NCBI GenBank assembly: GCA_964016885.1
Contig: OZ024742.1
Span: 160,270,001 to 160,334,000 of the forward strand
Source of the DNA: Eledone cirrhosa
Lineage: Eukaryota
Length of the DNA: 64,000 nucleotides
Direction: 5' to 3'
A program made the translations under genes and the position numbers. Shown here piece by piece: positions 1 through 12,380 of this stretch (positions are counted from its first letter, which is position 1; each line of letters starts with the position of its first letter). A model generated the notes under the pieces. It saw only the letters and a list, made by a program, of their open reading frames with translations, was not told where the DNA came from and ran no database searches.

Positions 1-500
1 CGAGATTCGGAAAGCCCTTCCCGACTGTACTAGGCACACTACGCCCGGTTTGGATGATCTTCCCTATGAGATTTACGTAGACATGCCAGATATGTTCCCC
101 AATCTCCTCGAAGCCGTCGACTGCAACTGACAGTAGAACGGGAGAATTCCCAGTTCTGTGAGCCGGGACAACGTAAGGCTGATGATGAGGAAAGACGGGA
201 ACAAGAGAGATGTTTCAGATAACTTAAGGCCTATAACTCTGCTAAATACAGAGTTTAAGATTTTGGCCAATTTACAAGCAGCGAGGTTGGTACTTGTCGT
301 CAAGAACCTAGTGTGCATTTCCGACCAGGTTCATACACGATAACCTCAATCTCATGCGATATATGTCTTCGGTGGAGCTCAGAGCAATTTTGATCAAACA
401 AAAGCTTTCAATAGGGTCAACCATCGATACCTGGACGTTATCCTCAAGCAGCTGTCTTAGGTACCGTCTTCAGAGAATGAATCACTGCACTACACAATAT
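1..500 (+). mobile_element. Degenerate L1/Tx1-like LINE reverse transcriptase fragment
   Basis: ORF 158-343 translates to RKDGNKRDVSDNLRPITLLNTEFKILA, the 'N.RPI.LLN.D.KILA' RT motif. Stops and frameshifts lie on both sides. Confidence 0.75.
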
Positions 501-539
501 CTGCTCGGTGGTCGAAGTAAATTGTTACTTAATTTATTG

Positions 540-755
540 GTTTCTTATATAGGCACAAGGCCAGTGATTTTGGGGGAGGGGAAAGTCGATTAAATCGACC
601 CAGTGCGTGACTGGTACTTTATTTTATCGACCCTGTGAGTATGAAAGGCAAAGTTAACCTCGGCGGGATTTGAACTCAGATCGTAAAGGTCCGTAACTCT
701 ATGCTGCAAAGCATGGCGTCCGACCCGCTACCGATACTGCCAATCCACCGCCCTC
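540..755 (-). mobile_element. Octopus-type tRNA-derived SINE, full length, with 21-bp TSD
   Basis: Head GGGCGGTGGATTGGCAG, B-box-like GAGTTCAAATCCC and body GTCGATAAAATAAAGTACCAG. TSD AAATTGTTACTTAATTTATTG at 519-539 and 756-776. Confidence 0.9.
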
Positions 756-872
756 AAATTGTTACTTAATTTATTGTTATATCTTTTTTATTCGATTTTA
801 TTATAAAGTCTCTTATACAGACCTCCATATGTCGACCCTTGTGATAAAAAAAAATAATAATTATTATTATTA

Positions 873-1770
873 CGGGGTGGTGGATTGGCATAGTTAGAGC
901 ATCGTACAAATGCTTAGCTTCTGTTGAGCTCTTTACGTTCTGGCTTCAAATTATGCCGAGATTAGCTTTACTTGTCATCCTTACGGGGTCGTTAAAATAA
1001 AGTACCAGTAATGCACTAGGTCGATTTAAGCGACATTCCCCTCCCCCCAAATTATGGGCCTTATGTCTAAATCAGAAATTATAATATCATTATTTGCACT
1101 GTCAGGGCGATGGATTGGCAGTATTAGTAGAGAGTCGGACAATATGTTTTGCGTTATATAGTTATATCCCTTTACGTTCTGAGTTCAAATCCCGCAGAAG
1201 TTAACTTTGTCATTCATCCTTACGGGGTCAATAAAATAAAGTACCAGTAATTCACTGGGATCGATTTAATCAACTTTTCCTTCGCTCCAATTGTCGATCT
1301 TGTGCCTAAATCAGAAACCGTTATTATTTACATGATCGATTGACAGTATCGGTAGAGCGCCGGACAAAATATTTTGCAGCATTTAAGTAAGACTTTTTAT
1401 GTTCTGAGTTCAAATCTGGTTTAGTTGAACTTTGCCTAGGTAGATAAAATAAAGTACCAGTTAAGTGCTGGGGTCAATCTAATCGATTTTCCTTCCACAC
1501 CGCCAAAATATTGCCGGCCTTGTGCTAAAATTAGAAATCATTATTATTTGGGTGTTGAGTTGGTCAAATCGACAGAGTCGAACCAAATGATTCGTGGCAT
1601 TTAGCTACTGCGCTTTACGCTTTGATTTCAAATCCCACCGAAGTCAACTTTGCCTTTCATCCTTCTGGGGTAGATTAAATAAAATACCTGTGGTGTACTG
1701 GGATTGGTATAATTGATTTTCCTGTCCCATCGTATTGCTGGCTTTGTGCTTAAAGTAGAAATCATCATTA
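873..1770 (+). mobile_element. Four head-to-tail copies of the same SINE family
   Basis: Blocks resembling GTTCAAATCCC...CATCCTT.CGGGGT...AAATAAAGTACCAG...TTGTGCCTAAA repeat about every 220 bp, separated by (TTA)n tails. Confidence 0.85.
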
Positions 1771-2149
1771 TTAGAAACAGTTAAATACTAATGATAAATG
1801 GTGACAAACTCTTCTGGTTTCATCAAACATCGCGTTTGTCAGTCATCTAGATACTTCAATCCAGAGCAGCACAGTCCATTCAGGTCAACACTCAGCTGAT
1901 GTTAAATGCCAAGTTTATCAGCAAAGCAGTGATGGTGTTTGTGTAAACAAGTTGACAAATGTTCAAACTATCACCACTTGTCAAGGAAAACGAGTCAAAT
2001 GTTTTCAAAATCTTTTCCTAGCAAGTCTTTTGATTGAAAATTGATTGTCTGTTGCCGCTCGTTTCAAGAACTTCGGTCGGACGACACATGCAAATTAATT
2101 AAACAACGTTCTTGTTATATTAGTGTTGTTGTTCATTAACACAGTGAAT

Positions 2150-2370
2150 GGACATTGTTTAGTGGTTAGAGTGTTCTACTCACGATCGTAAGGTCGTGGA
2201 TTCGATTTCAAAACAAGGTGATACGTTGTGTTTTTTAACAAGGTACTTTATTACACGTTGTTCCATTCCACTCAGCAGGGAGTTAGCCCTGTGACGGACT
2301 GGCATCTCGTTCATGGAGGAGTCATGTACTTTCACCCATTTAATGTTTATGAAACTGAGATAAGCTCATA
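2150..2370 (+). mobile_element. Second tRNA-derived SINE family; related copies near 6700-6880(-), 11380-11590(-), 37500-37790(+) and 45590-45850(-)
   Basis: A-box-like TAGTGGTTAGAGTG and B-box-like GGATTCGATT, followed by the shared core ACTTTATT.CACGTTG.TCCA.TCCACTCAGC. Confidence 0.7.
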
Positions 2371-2774
2371 GCATCATTTACCTCGTACAAGCAGAGAAAA
2401 ACGGACCTAAAACGATAACTTGAACTCATTAACCAAAATTAAACAACATCCAGCTATCATTTTTGATGTAAATGATATCCTTTTAAACTTATACAACCAA
2501 CTTCTACGGAAGAAGATAGATAGACATTCGATTATCTCATAGACGACGTAGAGACGTTAGAGTGGTATCTATTTCGGTTTTCCACGCCCTGAATTCAAAT
2601 TCCACCGAGGTAAACTTTTATCTTTCAGAGCTGATAAATGACGTACCAGTCCAGAGCAGTGGGTTGGTGGAATTGTTAGAGAGTTGCAGGAAATACCTCA
2701 TGATATTCATTCCGGCTCTTTGCGTTCGGAGTTCAAGTACTGCGTACATCGGTGGCATTTCTAATGTTAGTTTC

Positions 2775-3600
2775 TGATTTAGGCACAAGACCAACAATTT
2801 TGGGGGAGAGCAAAATCGGTTAAATCGACCCTAGTGCATTGCTGGTACTTTATTTTATCGACCCCGTAAGGATGAAGTGTAAAGCTAACCTCGGCAGGAT
2901 TCAAACTCAGATCGTAAAGGGGCTTAACCCTATACCATATAACATGTTGTCCGACACACATATAATCCACCACCCTAATATTAATTTCTAATTTAGGCAC
3001 AAGACCAGAAAATCCGGGAGAAAGACAAAGTTGATTAAATCAAAGCCAGTACTTAATTGGTACTTTATTTTATCAACCGGGAAGCATGAAAAGCAATGTT
3101 GACCTCGACAGGATTTGAACTCAGAATGTAAAGAGCCAGAACAGTTATTGCAATAGCGCTTCATCCGACACTCTGAAGATTCTTGCAACTATCTGGCAAT
3201 CCAGAGTAGACTTAATATTTATATTCTAATTTATGGAACTTTAATGTTTAGAAGTATCTAGTTATTTATCTTATATATATATTTTTTCATTTATATAAAA
3301 AAGAAAATTTCGCTCTACATGGCTGAATACAATAAATGTAATCTGAGTTTTTCGAATGCCAACACAAGAGCAAGAATGAAGTGTTCATTCTACTGACATG
3401 GCTACATGAAATTGAGGCTTGTTTGCATAATTGCAAACGAATTGAATGTTATTATTAATATTCGAATGAGTTCAAATCTGAGTTCAAATCCCGCCGAGGT
3501 TGACTTTGCCTTTCATCCTTACGGGGTCGATAAAATAAAGTACCAGTAATGCACTGGGTAATTGCTGGCCTTGTGCCTAAAGTAGAAACAATTATTAATA
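2775..3600. mobile_element. Octopus-type SINE copies: two on the minus strand at 2775-3200 and a 5'-truncated plus copy at about 3475-3592
   Basis: Same conserved SINE body as 540-755. TSD-like TTATTAATATTCGAA flanks the 3475 copy. Confidence 0.85.
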
Positions 3601-4245
3601 TTCGAAAAACTCAGATTACATTTATATTCATTTATATATTTGCTTATATATTTTCTATATATTTATTCTTTTACTCTATATTCCTGTATTGATTTCAGTC
3701 ATTGGACTTACGGCCACGCTGGAGCACCTCCTTGAAGGGATTTAGTCGATCACATTGACCCCTGTATTTATTTTATTGGTCGATATTTGTTGAACCGTTA
3801 CGTTACCTGACATAAAAGAAGCAATTAATGCTCACCCCTCACACACACACACATATATATATCCGGGGCAGTGGCACTGAGGTGGCAGCGGGAGGGGCAT
3901 GCCTCCATCCCTCTAATAATTATATTTTTCTCCCAAACTCCCAACATACACATCTATTTGTATATGCACTTCAATTTATATACATGTTATGTTTATCGCA
4001 TATCGAAGAGGTTTATATCTTGATTGCAATATTTAAAAATATATTATGTTAACCTTTATAGTAATTTTTTTTGTCATGTCATAACTTTTTCTCCTCATAT
4101 CACTATTTGTCAATTGCTATTCAGATTTCATTGGTCATTTTGCTATATTCCCTTTATAATTATTGAAAGCTTTAAATGTAATACGACCTGTTTGGACTCA
4201 AATTATATTTTCTGACCATTTTAGAAGGCAAAGTGCTAAACTAAT

Positions 4246-4302
<57 letters not shown>

Positions 4303-4305
<3 letters not shown>

Positions 4306-4594
4306 TCTCGGGTGCCAAATAATAGGGAGGGGGGGGGGGAATAAATGGGGAGGGAATTTCTTGTAATGTTCTTTTTTTGTCATATATAATGTTTTTTTTA
4401 ATGTAAAATAAAATTATTAGATTCTCCAGCTGCTGTATCGATATGAATAACTTACAATAAAATTTTACCAGGGATAGATTAGCAAAGTTTAATAAGCGAG
4501 GGTGGCGGGTGGAAGGAAAACGGAGGGTGTCAGTGGTAAAATCTGAAAAATTAATAATTGGATGGGGGTGGTGATTGTTCAAGACCTGAGAGTA
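4303..4594. mobile_element. MITE-like element with short terminal inverted repeats, inserted at a (TA)n tract
   Basis: The termini TACTCTCGGGT and ACCTGAGAGTA form a near-perfect 11-bp inverted repeat. Confidence 0.5.
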
Positions 4595-5455
4595 GTTGAT
4601 AGAGAGAGGGGGATTGGGAGAGATTGTTTTAAGGTAGATTTAGAGAGGAGGGAGAGTTTAGTGTTAATTGTTACAGAGAGGGGGATTGGAAGAGAATAAA
4701 TACCGTGTAGTAGATATATAGAGAGGGAGAGTATAGTGGCTATTGAGATAAAGAGGGGTAATGAAAGTGTGTTGTATGGTAGATATAGAGAGGGGGGAAG
4801 TTTATTGGTAATGTATATAGAGAAAGGGATTCAGAGAGTGTTTTGTATTGTAGATATAAAGAGTTGGAGAGTGTAGTGGTAATTAATATAGGGAAGGGGA
4901 TTAGGAGGGAGTGCCGTGTGGTAGATATAGAGAGGGGGGAATGTAATATCAATTGATATAGAGGAAGTGTTGTATACTAGATATAGAGAGAGGGAGAGTT
5001 TGGTGATTGTAGATATAGGGAGGGGGATAATAAGAGAGTGTCGTGTAGTAGATATAGAGAGGAGGAGAGTTTGGTGGTGATTGATATAGAGAGGGGGATT
5101 GGGAGAGATAAGTCCAGATAGATATAGTGAGCAGAGGAGTTTACTGGTGATAAATAAAGTGAGGGTGATTGGGAGAGATATGTAGAAATAGAGAGGAGGA
5201 GAGTTTGGTGGTAGTAGATATAGAGAGACAGATTATGAGAGAGTTTTGTGTGATAGACTTAGAGAGGGGGAAAGATTGGTGTTAATGAATATAGAGAGGG
5301 TGATAATGAGAGTGTTTTGTATGAGAAGAGTGGGTATTGAGAGAGAGGTTTGTGTAGTAGATATGGGGATAGATGACTGGTGATTGATTTAGAGAGGAGA
5401 GATTGAGAGAGAGTTGTGTAATAGATATAGAGTGCAGAATGGGTATAGAGATATG
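4595..5455 (+). repeat. Purine-rich degenerate minisatellite, unit about 60-70 bp
   Basis: Recurrent TAGATATAGAGAGG.GGAGAGTTTGGTGGT...GGGGATTGGGAGAG units. Confidence 0.8.
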
Positions 5456-5496
5456 CAAAATACCGAAACCACTTGGCGCCGCAGTCATAATTTTAC

Positions 5497-5603
<107 letters not shown>

Positions 5604-6114
5604 GTGTGTGTGTATACAAGGTGGGTTTCTGTACAATTAATGGCTACTAAATTTCATTCACAAGATCAATTCGAGGCTATATATTAGAAGATACCTAACG
5701 CGCCACGCAGTAGGACTTGAAGCAGAAACAACGTTGTTCCAAAGCATACGCCTTATTTACTATACTTCGAGTATGTACTTAAAAAGGCAAGTGATTTATG
5801 GTTAGTCTGTTTGGCTCACGAACATATGGTAACGATTTGATTTCCAGGAGTGTGCTGTGTATTTGAGCAATGGTGGTCCGAAAGTCTTGTCACCCTCTAC
5901 CAAAACGTAATGAGAAACAGTTTATGTTCCCATTGCAGTATCGTCCTCTTCGGAGGAGCTGGTTTGCAGTGAAGTCATGTCGCACATCTTCCATGCTCTT
6001 GCCAGAATGCACACGATCATGTGTTCATACATTTGCAAGCACCCTCTTCCAAACTGTAGAAGCTCGTGTCAGCCATCTGAAATAGAAAATTATATTATTA
6101 TTATTATTATTATA

Positions 6115-6590
6115 TTTACGATCTGAGTTCAAATCCCGCCGAGGTTGACTTTGCCTTTCATCCTTACGGGGTCGATAAAATAAAGTACCAGTAATGCACT
6201 GGATATTTGCTGGCCTTATGCCTAAAGTAGAAACAATTATTATTATATATTATATTATAACAGGGTGGTGGATTGGCAGTATCAGTAGGGAGTCGGACAT
6301 CATGCTTTGTAGCATAGAGTTATGGCTCTTTATGACCTGAGTTCAAATCCCGCCGAAGTTAACTTTGCCTTTCATCCTTACGAGGTCGATAAAATAAAGT
6401 ACCAGTAATGCACTGCATAATTGCTTGCCTTGTGCCAAAAGTAGAAACAATTATATTATAATAGGGCGGTGGATTGGCAGTATCAGTAGATACTGGGTAA
6501 TTGCTGGTCTTGTGCCAAATGTAGAAACAATTATATATTATAATTAATTGTTTCTACTTTTGGCACAAGGCCAGCAATTACCCAATTATA
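6115..6590 (+). mobile_element. Cluster of octopus-type SINE copies and fragments, the last one inverted
   Basis: Conserved SINE body at 6120-6240 and 6262-6455, with partial direct and inverted tails extending to 6590. Confidence 0.85.
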
Positions 6591-6878
6591 TATTATATTA
6601 TTAAAACAAAAAAACAATGAAAGTTAAAACAATATATGACATGGGGTCACAAGACTTTTGGACCCACCTCCACCCCTATACATTATCCCCGTCGACTCAG
6701 GTAGCAAAAATGAGTTGTAATTCAAAGGCCCAACCTTGTTACACACTGTGTCACGTTGATTCACCCTAAGAATTATCATAAGGGTAGAAGTGCCTGTGGC
6801 ATGTTGTGCCACTCGCGCGTTAATTTCATGAGCAAGGCTGTTTTGTTGTTCAAACAACTGAAACACTCATTGTCGTAA

Positions 6879-7310
6879 CAGACCTGCCAAAATGTAAAAA
6901 CCCAAACGGGAGTACCATGAAAAAATGTGCCCTAAAACGAGGTGAAATGAGGCAAAATAGGGAGATGTTACATAAGGATTTCTAGTATAGGCACAAGGCC
7001 AGTAATTTGGGGGGAGGGGAAAGTCGATTAAATCGAGCCAGTACGTTACTGGTACTTTATTTTATCAACACCGTAAGGATGAAAGGGAAAGTTAACCTCG
7101 GCGGGATTTGAACTCAGACCATAAAGGACCGTAACTCTATGCTTCAAAGCATGGTGTCCAACTCTCTACCGATACTATCAATCCACCGCCCTTAGGGGAG
7201 ATGTTACATAATGAAAGCTATACCCATTTTCACAAGAGAAGACATCTCTCACGCACCACCAAAAGTAGGTGGGATATCTCCCCGTCGGACGGGGAGAGTT
7301 GACAGGTCTG
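6879..7310. mobile_element. Non-autonomous DNA transposon with a SINE inserted at 6978-7193(-)
   Basis: TIRs CAGACCTGCCAA and TTGACAGGTCTG. The inner SINE is flanked by the duplication GGGAGATGTTACATAA. An uninterrupted related copy lies at about 41605-41795. Confidence 0.75.
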
Positions 7311-8222
7311 GTCGTCACTAACAACAGTTTCGTATACTTATATATCTATATGCGACCGCATAGAATGGCATGTCACGTAATTCCTCTGTTTGTTCTTCTG
7401 TCTTTGTCAAATTGGGGTTGTTGTTTTAACGCTTTCGCTTTACAATGATGTATTCTTCCGTATGTGTTTTATTTATTCTTTCTATCTATCTAAAGTTTGA
7501 CTGCATTAATTATTCAAATAATGGTGGTGCGTTGTCAGAGTTGTTAAGGTATTGGATAGAATGCTTAGCAGTATTTTATTATACCTCTTTACGTTCTGAG
7601 TTAAAATCTCACCAATCTCAACTTTGCCTGTAATTCTGTTGGGGTCGATAAAATACAGTACCATTAAAGAAGAGGGATCGATTTAATCGACTTTCTTTTC
7701 CCCAAAATTACTGGCATTGTGCCTAAAGAAAACATCAATACTTATTCGAAGAGAATGGAAGAATATACTTTCATTGGTTTAGACCAGTCATGGGCAAAGT
7801 GCGACCCGTCTGGCTTATTGAATATTTTAGTAATGCTGCCGGCCTTATGATGAGCCACATCCTATGCGGCCCACTGCTCGAAAAAGTTGCCGTTGCTTGG
7901 TTTAGACGATGAGTGTTCCGGTTGTTCGATTAACGAAATAACCAACTCGTGAAATTCACATGCAAGTGGGTTAGCACTCAACAGACATGTGTATCCGTAA
8001 CATAATTCTGGTGATTCGGCGTGATTCATTCTGTCACAAGGCTGGCTTTGAATTACATACACAGTTCATTAAACGGGCTTCCAAACAGTTTCTGTCTAGA
8101 TTGGTTTTCAACGGCAGATTGCAGATAATGGTGGTGAGCTTTCATTTTGCAAACATATGCACATGCGCGCACACACACACATATATATACATAACATAAA
8201 TATATGCATATACACACACACT

Positions 8223-8333
<111 letters not shown>

Positions 8334-8554
8334 TAAAGTGTTTTGCTCAAGAACAAAATACGCAACCCAGGACATTGTGATCGTTAGTCCAACAGCTTTT
8401 CGACTAGGCCACGTGCCTCCACAAACACACATACACACACACACACACACACACATAGAGTATTTCGGCTCTGTAATATATTTGTTATTTTACATTGAGC
8501 TATTCTCATACTTGTAATTGGATAATATTCAATATTACCTACATTTTATATATA

Positions 8555-8614
<60 letters not shown>

Positions 8615-8620
<6 letters not shown>

Positions 8621-9380
8621 GGGGTTTAGTAAAATCGAAGCTTTGACTGTGGGCAAGAAAAGTCGACCTACAATATGAATGAGTTAGCAAAACACTCGAT
8701 AAGGGTAGGTCCTTAGAGTAACAATATACGTTTAAATAGCTTGACAAATTGAACATTGTGGTAGGCAAAACCTAACACACAATACCAGAGCAACGAAAAA
8801 CTAACAGGTTAAAAAAGATACACCTGGACAAATTAAATATCCGCTCGTGGTATTCCATGACGAACAGAGGATTCATTTCATCAACAGGAGTTCCGTTCTT
8901 TCCAAAAGCGAGGTGGATTTTAAAGGCTGCCGCTATGAGCGAACTGAACGCACCTTTATTTATCACGTGTTATTTCCAACAAGGGAAGCAACCCTCGGTT
9001 TTGGCGGGTAGATTCGAAGTGTTAAACAAAGGAAATATTATAATTTCCGCTAACATTCAGAATTAAGCTCTCAACCAGATGTTATTAAACAAACACATAT
9101 AATTAACCAATCAACAGAATTGTGTAATTAAATTAATTAGTTAATTATTCAATCTAGGAGAAAATAATACATGTGAGGGTTTAGTAAAATTGAAGCTTTG
9201 GCTGTGGGCAAGCAAAGTCGACCTACAATATGAATGAGTTAGCAAAGTACTCAATAAGGGTAGGTCCTTAGAGTAACAACATACGTTTAAATAGCTTGAC
9301 AAATTGAGGCAAAACCTAACACACAATACCAGAGCAACGAAAAACTAACAGGTTAAAAAAGATACACCTGGACAAATTAA
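8615..9380. repeat. Direct repeats of about 210-220 bp (8615-8837 and 9173-9380) between (TA)n tracts; pLTR-like tandem unit
   Basis: The block GGGTTTAGTAAAAT...GATACACCTGGACAAATTAAA is duplicated. Confidence 0.75.
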
Positions 9381-9717
9381 ACGGTATACGTTCAAAGTGT
9401 TTCTGTGAAATCCGAAATCAAATATCCGACTTACTCGCTGTTTCAAAACATACTTACTTGTCACATATATATATATATATATATAAAACAAAGAAAGTGT
9501 GATAAGAAACCAGGTAGACCATAACGCACCAGAGTACTCGATACTTAGGGTAGTAGAGTGGGTAATAGCAAAAGAGTCAGGACCTCGACGGCTGAGCTCA
9601 GGCCGTTTCGACAGCTAGATCCGAGTTTGGTCGGAGCTCAGCCGTCGGGGTCCTGACTCTTTTCCTATATATATATATATATATATATATACATACATAC
9701 ATACACACACGCGCACA

Positions 9718-9774
<57 letters not shown>

Positions 9775-10223
9775 TCCCGAAATCATTGGGTGTATATTCT
9801 TCTTGAACTAATAGCAGTATCTATTGTCTATGCGCGTCTGTATTGTTAGCGATGATACGAGGCCGAGCACGTCAGACATATGGACCGCTGTGATGGCAAT
9901 ACCTTGACAGATGACGTCATTATTCCTGATAGTGCTACGTCCAAACTTATATACTGTGCAACATGATGACGTTACTGTGAAAAAGATGCCCATTACCGTG
10001 CGAACATAGCACAAAAATGTATGTTTTACGACAGTTAAAATTATAGTAAATACGTAATAATTGATGACGTCTTTGCCAACCCGTCCGACGTCTATCCTGG
10101 TGTTGAAAAATTATCATATGGGGCAAAGATGAAGATTTCTAATTAATATGATTTATTTTTCCTTTCTTCTTTTCTGGTAACTTTGGGAGAACTTCAATCT
10201 CTGAGCGTGGTTATATATATATA

Positions 10224-10839
10224 CTAGCTGGCCCCGTGTCATCAAAAATGACGGCTAATTGTAATATCTATACATAATATAAAAAAATAAGATGTTTGTT
10301 GATTGTTTGGTTGGTTGGTCCCTTCGCGTTAACTCACACAAGTGATACAAACACACAAACACACAGCTGTGACGAATCTTAGATCGCTGGACTTCTATAG
10401 TTTCTCACCCCTCCTTCCTCAGTCATCACATAGTTGTGTGTGTATGTAATAATTATTTTTTCTATGTGTATCTGTTTATATATATGTATGTGTAGATTCG
10501 TGTGTGTTTGTAATTCTATTGGCTATGTATCTTTCTAAATAAACACACACAAACACATATACATTCACACAAATATTATATATAAATATAATTTACACAA
10601 ACCACATATACACACACAAACACTTCGCTCTACCTATAGATACACAGGTGTAGCGAATGTTAAACGCTGCTTTCTTTAGTTTGTCATCACCCCTTCCTTC
10701 CTCAGTCACCGTCATCACCCCTTCCTTCCTCAGTCACCGTCATTACCCCTTCCTTCCTCAGTCGACGTAATCACCCCTTCCTTCCTCAGTCATCTCTAGT
10801 GCGTTACGGACAAATACACAAGGCTATTATATTTGTAGA
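10224..10839 (-). mobile_element. Non-autonomous Helitron-like element with an internal 29-bp tandem repeat (10683-10795)
   Basis: On the minus strand it begins with TC (near 10839) and ends with CTAG (near 10224), with a subterminal hairpin CCGTGTCAT-CAAAA-ATGACGG. Confidence 0.6.
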
Positions 10840-11067
10840 TGTTACAACATTTTTGATGTTTGGTAAAAGTTGCAGTCGATTGCAGGTGGTCAGCAATACT
10901 ATCAGATAGCAATATAACCAATTAGCCATACAACCAGTTAGCCTCATAACTATACAGCTAGATAGCCATGCAATAGTCAGTCAATCATACAGCCAGATAA
11001 CAATACTGTTAAAGAGCACTGGATAAGATGCCTTGCAGTATTTGTTCTTTGCAATTTTAATTCTACT

Positions 11068-11315
11068 TGGGTGCTAGACTTAACCAATTGACCAGTTTAA
11101 CATCACCACATGGCTCTTGGATGGTAGACTTAATCTATTGTCCAGTTTAAGACCACCACCTGGCTCTTGATTGGTAGACTTAATTTATTGTCCAGTTTAA
11201 CATCACCACTTGGCCCTTGGGTGGTAGACTCAATCTATTGTCCAGTTTAACACCACCACTGGTCCTTAGGTGGTAGACTTAATTCATTCCTCAGTTTAAC
11301 ACTCCCACCTGTTCA
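11068..11315 (+). repeat. Minisatellite, unit about 51-52 bp, about 5 copies
   Basis: GGTAGACTTAATCTATTGTCCAGTTTAACA.CACCACTTGG repeated. Confidence 0.9.
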
Positions 11316-11597
11316 TTAGGGATCTCATATAAAGGCTATCAAACAGTGGACTAATTTGCTATTATATAAACAAAAGTGCAAGTCTGTCCCATGACTCATC
11401 AGGCTGATGCATTTCTTGGTTCTATTGGCATTAAGAAACAGAGTACAATCACAGGGTTAACCCTGGTTATTGCTGATACTCATTATCAGCTGAGTGGACT
11501 GGAACATGAAATGCAGTGTTTTACTCAAGAACATAATGTACCACCCAAGTCCAAGAATGACACCCATGGCATTTCGATCCCAAATCCAAGATCCTAC

Positions 11598-11922
11598 ATG
11601 TGGTTAGAATGTCTAAGGAAAGAATTGCTGGACAGATTTTACTGGCAAAACCAACAGACAGGAGACCCAAAGGTAGACCCCGAGCAAGATGGTTGGATAA
11701 CAACCATACACATGGTTGGTCTAGCTTAGGGATCCAGCTGGATCAGTTGGAGACGGCTGCTTCTGACAGGACTCGCTGGAAAGAGTGCTTGAGGACTCTG
11801 CCCCCACGACCTTCTGAGGAAGAAGAAGAAGAAGAAGAAGAAGAAGAAGAAGAAGAAGAAGAAGAAGAAGAAGAAGAAGAAGAAGAAGAAGAAGAAGAAG
11901 AAGAAGAAGAAGAAGAAGAAAG
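11598..11922 (+). mobile_element. 5'-truncated RTE-clade LINE with a (GAA)n tail
   Basis: Translation RRPKGRPRARWLD...LGIQLDQLETAASDRTRW matches the RTE C-terminus. It is homologous to 34355-34680. Confidence 0.85.
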
Positions 11923-12170
11923 ATAACTATTTTTGAATTAAATGTCTACATCTTAATATATTACGTTGCAATAGTAATATTCCCCTGTATACAACATACT
12001 GGTAGTTATCCTTTGATGAGGAGACAAGAAGAGGAAAGTAAAGGAAAAGAAAGGAAAGAATTCGATCGTCAGCTTGGATCAACTCCCGGCAGAAAAAGAC
12101 GGGATTTGAACCCAGAACACATTGATTCGGATCAAGTGCCGCAAAGCAACCTACCCGACTCTTTAATAAT

Positions 12171-12380
12171 GGTTTCTTATATAGGCACAAGGCCAGTAAT
12201 TTTGGGGGAGGGAAAGTCGATTAAATCGATCCCAGTGCGTGACTGGTACTTTATTTTATCGACCCCGTAAGGCAAAGTTAACGGCGGCGGGATTTGAACT
12301 CAGATCATAAAGAGCCGTAACTCTATGCTGCAAAGGATGGCATCCGACCCTCTACCGATACTGCTAATCCACCGCCCTAT
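12171..12380 (-). mobile_element. Octopus-type SINE inserted in an older SINE
   Basis: Conserved body, with TSD CCGACTCTTTAATAAT on both sides. Confidence 0.85.

Noticed and set aside
540-755. tRNA-like A and B boxes in SINE heads
   Set aside because: They are part of high-copy SINEs and have no complete cloverleaf, so they are not called as tRNA genes.
5870-6085. Unique sequence with a minus-strand TTTCAG acceptor (similar islands at 13930-14165 and 15720-15890)
   Set aside because: No recognisable protein or consistent exon chain could be built.
11600-11926. ORFs ending in long poly-Glu (also 34448-34708)
   Set aside because: The poly-E is the (GAA)n tail of RTE LINE copies read in frame.
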